A stretch of 7,399 bases of DNA from an uncultured Muribaculaceae bacterium (lineage in GTDB: Bacteria; Pseudomonadota; Alphaproteobacteria; Rs-D84): the NCBI GenBank assembly GCA_964371145.1, contig CAYJKO010000005.1:21253-28651 (forward strand). The letters run 5' to 3'. A model generated the notes under the pieces. It made no database searches. It was not told the DNA's origin and saw only the letters and a program-made list of their open reading frames with translations. This document shows, piece after piece, positions 6,881 to 7,399 of the stretch. The position numbers were made by a program, and so were the translations under genes. Every line of letters starts with the position of its first letter. The first letter of the stretch is position 1.

Positions 6881-7282
6881 ATGAAAAACAAAATACTGTC
6901 AGAATACAAAAATTTTACAACACATTGGAATGTGTCTATGGATGTAGTTGTTCGTATAAAAAATTATATGAACAATAATTATATTTTGAATATAGAAAAA
7001 GATAAAAAATCTGGACGATATAATTTTGAATTGAAAATGTTAAAAGGTACAGGTTTTGTATCAATAATAGAAGAAAAAAATTTCATATCTGAAATGTCTG
7101 TTATTAAAAGAATTAATGAATTGACATTTACAAAAACGGATGCTTCGTCACGTGGTGTGCCGATGGATGCGTTTAAAATATTAACCATACCTTTTTATGC
7201 AGCAGCATTAAAAGCAACGGCAAAAGATGTTTCGAAAAAAGCAAAAACGTTCGAGAAAAGATTTGCGCAAAAAATAAAATAA
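6881..7282 (+). CDS. Hypothetical protein, 133 aa, no recognisable family
   Basis: The ORF has a strong SD (AAAGGGG) 6 nt upstream of the ATG, a dedicated near-consensus promoter and its own terminator. There is no signal peptide. The protein is Lys/Asn-rich with a basic, probably helical C-terminus (KATAKDVSKKAKTFEKRFAQKIK). It is visibly more A+T-rich than pheT, nth and ileS. Confidence 0.6.
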   Translation: MKNKILSEYKNFTTHWNVSMDVVVRIKNYMNNNYILNIEKDKKSGRYNFELKMLKGTGFVSIIEEKNFISEMSVIKRINELTFTKTDASSRGVPMDAFKILTIPFYAAALKATAKDVSKKAKTFEKRFAQKIK

Positions 7283-7310
7283 AAAAACCGGCATATCGCC
7301 GGTATTTTTA
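7281..7310. terminator. Bidirectional rho-independent terminator
   Basis: Sequence AAAAAAACCGGC-ATATC-GCCGGTATTTTTA. The stem ACCGGC/GCCGGT is at 7287-7292 / 7298-7303. On the minus strand it reads ACCGGCGAUAUGCCGGUUUUUUU, a strong terminator; on the plus strand the tail is AUUUUUAUUU. It is nearly identical to the terminator at 2887-2911. Confidence 0.85.
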
Positions 7311-7399
7311 TTTAAATGGTGCCGGATACAAGATTGTAATTCCCACGGCTTTGCCGCGGGTCCCTTTCGTTTCGCAACCGTTCAATCTTCGCAATAAAT
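7308..7399 (-). CDS. Probable 3' end of an unidentified minus-strand gene running off the window (frame uncertain)
   Basis: Two minus-strand frames are open from the window edge. The preferred one reads ...LLRRLNGCETKGTRGKAVGITILYPAPFK* with stop TAA at 7308-7310. Its codons fit the usage seen in pheT (AAA for Lys; CGC/AGA/CGA for Arg). The alternative reads ...FIAKIERLRNERDPRQSRGNYNLVSGTI* with its stop at 7312-7314 and uses codons that look rare in pheT (CGG x2, AGG, AAG). The element is followed directly by the minus-strand-competent terminator. I cannot name the product, and a structured RNA is not excluded. Confidence 0.4.
   Translation of the reverse strand, partial: LLRRLNGCETKGTRGKAVGITILYPAPFK

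Noticed and set aside
7317-7399. tRNA or tmRNA 3' end on the minus strand, suggested by the ...UAUCCGGCACCA terminus
   Set aside because: There is no T-arm (no GGTTCRANYC-like sequence, and the 17 nt before the putative acceptor strand do not form a 5-bp stem with a 7-nt loop). No cloverleaf can be drawn, and no matching 5' acceptor strand (GCCGGAT) is present in the window.
1-7399. Mobile elements, CRISPR arrays, defence, toxin-antitoxin or secretion loci
   Set aside because: I found no direct-repeat/spacer arrays, no long terminal inverted repeats, no transposase, integrase or recombinase-like ORFs, and no paired small ORFs. Coding capacity is accounted for by three housekeeping genes plus two small orphan genes.

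Overview
This 7.4 kb window looks like an ordinary, densely coding housekeeping region from a low-GC bacterium. All calls come from reading the sequence and translations by eye; no searches were run. Left to right: (1) pheT, the Phe-tRNA ligase beta subunit, on the + strand with its 5' end cut by the window edge. (2) An 11-nt gap, then a small A+T-rich putative lipoprotein gene (+). (3) A bidirectional intrinsic terminator. (4) nth, endonuclease III (-). (5) ileS, a type 2 (eukaryote-like) Ile-tRNA ligase (-). (6) A 234-bp divergent control region. (7) A 133-aa orphan gene (+) with a near-consensus promoter and its own bidirectional terminator. (8) At the right edge, probably the 3' end of another minus-strand gene. 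I see no rRNA or tRNA genes, CRISPR arrays, transposases, integrases, or recognisable defence, toxin or secretion genes, so I cannot support a claim of a novel multi-gene system. The most interesting signal is regulatory. The ileS leader contains a 10-codon mini-ORF (MKNTKVIIIA) with three consecutive Ile codons, followed by mutually exclusive antiterminator and terminator hairpins and a U8 tract. This resembles ribosome-mediated attenuation, as in pheM-pheST, applied to ileS; it is an inference and needs testing. Secondary observations: two nearly identical bidirectional terminators, two compositionally distinct orphan genes, an ileS terminator sitting almost on the nth start, a divergent HIGH-region motif in IleRS, and an ambiguous right-edge element that could be a CDS or a structured RNA.
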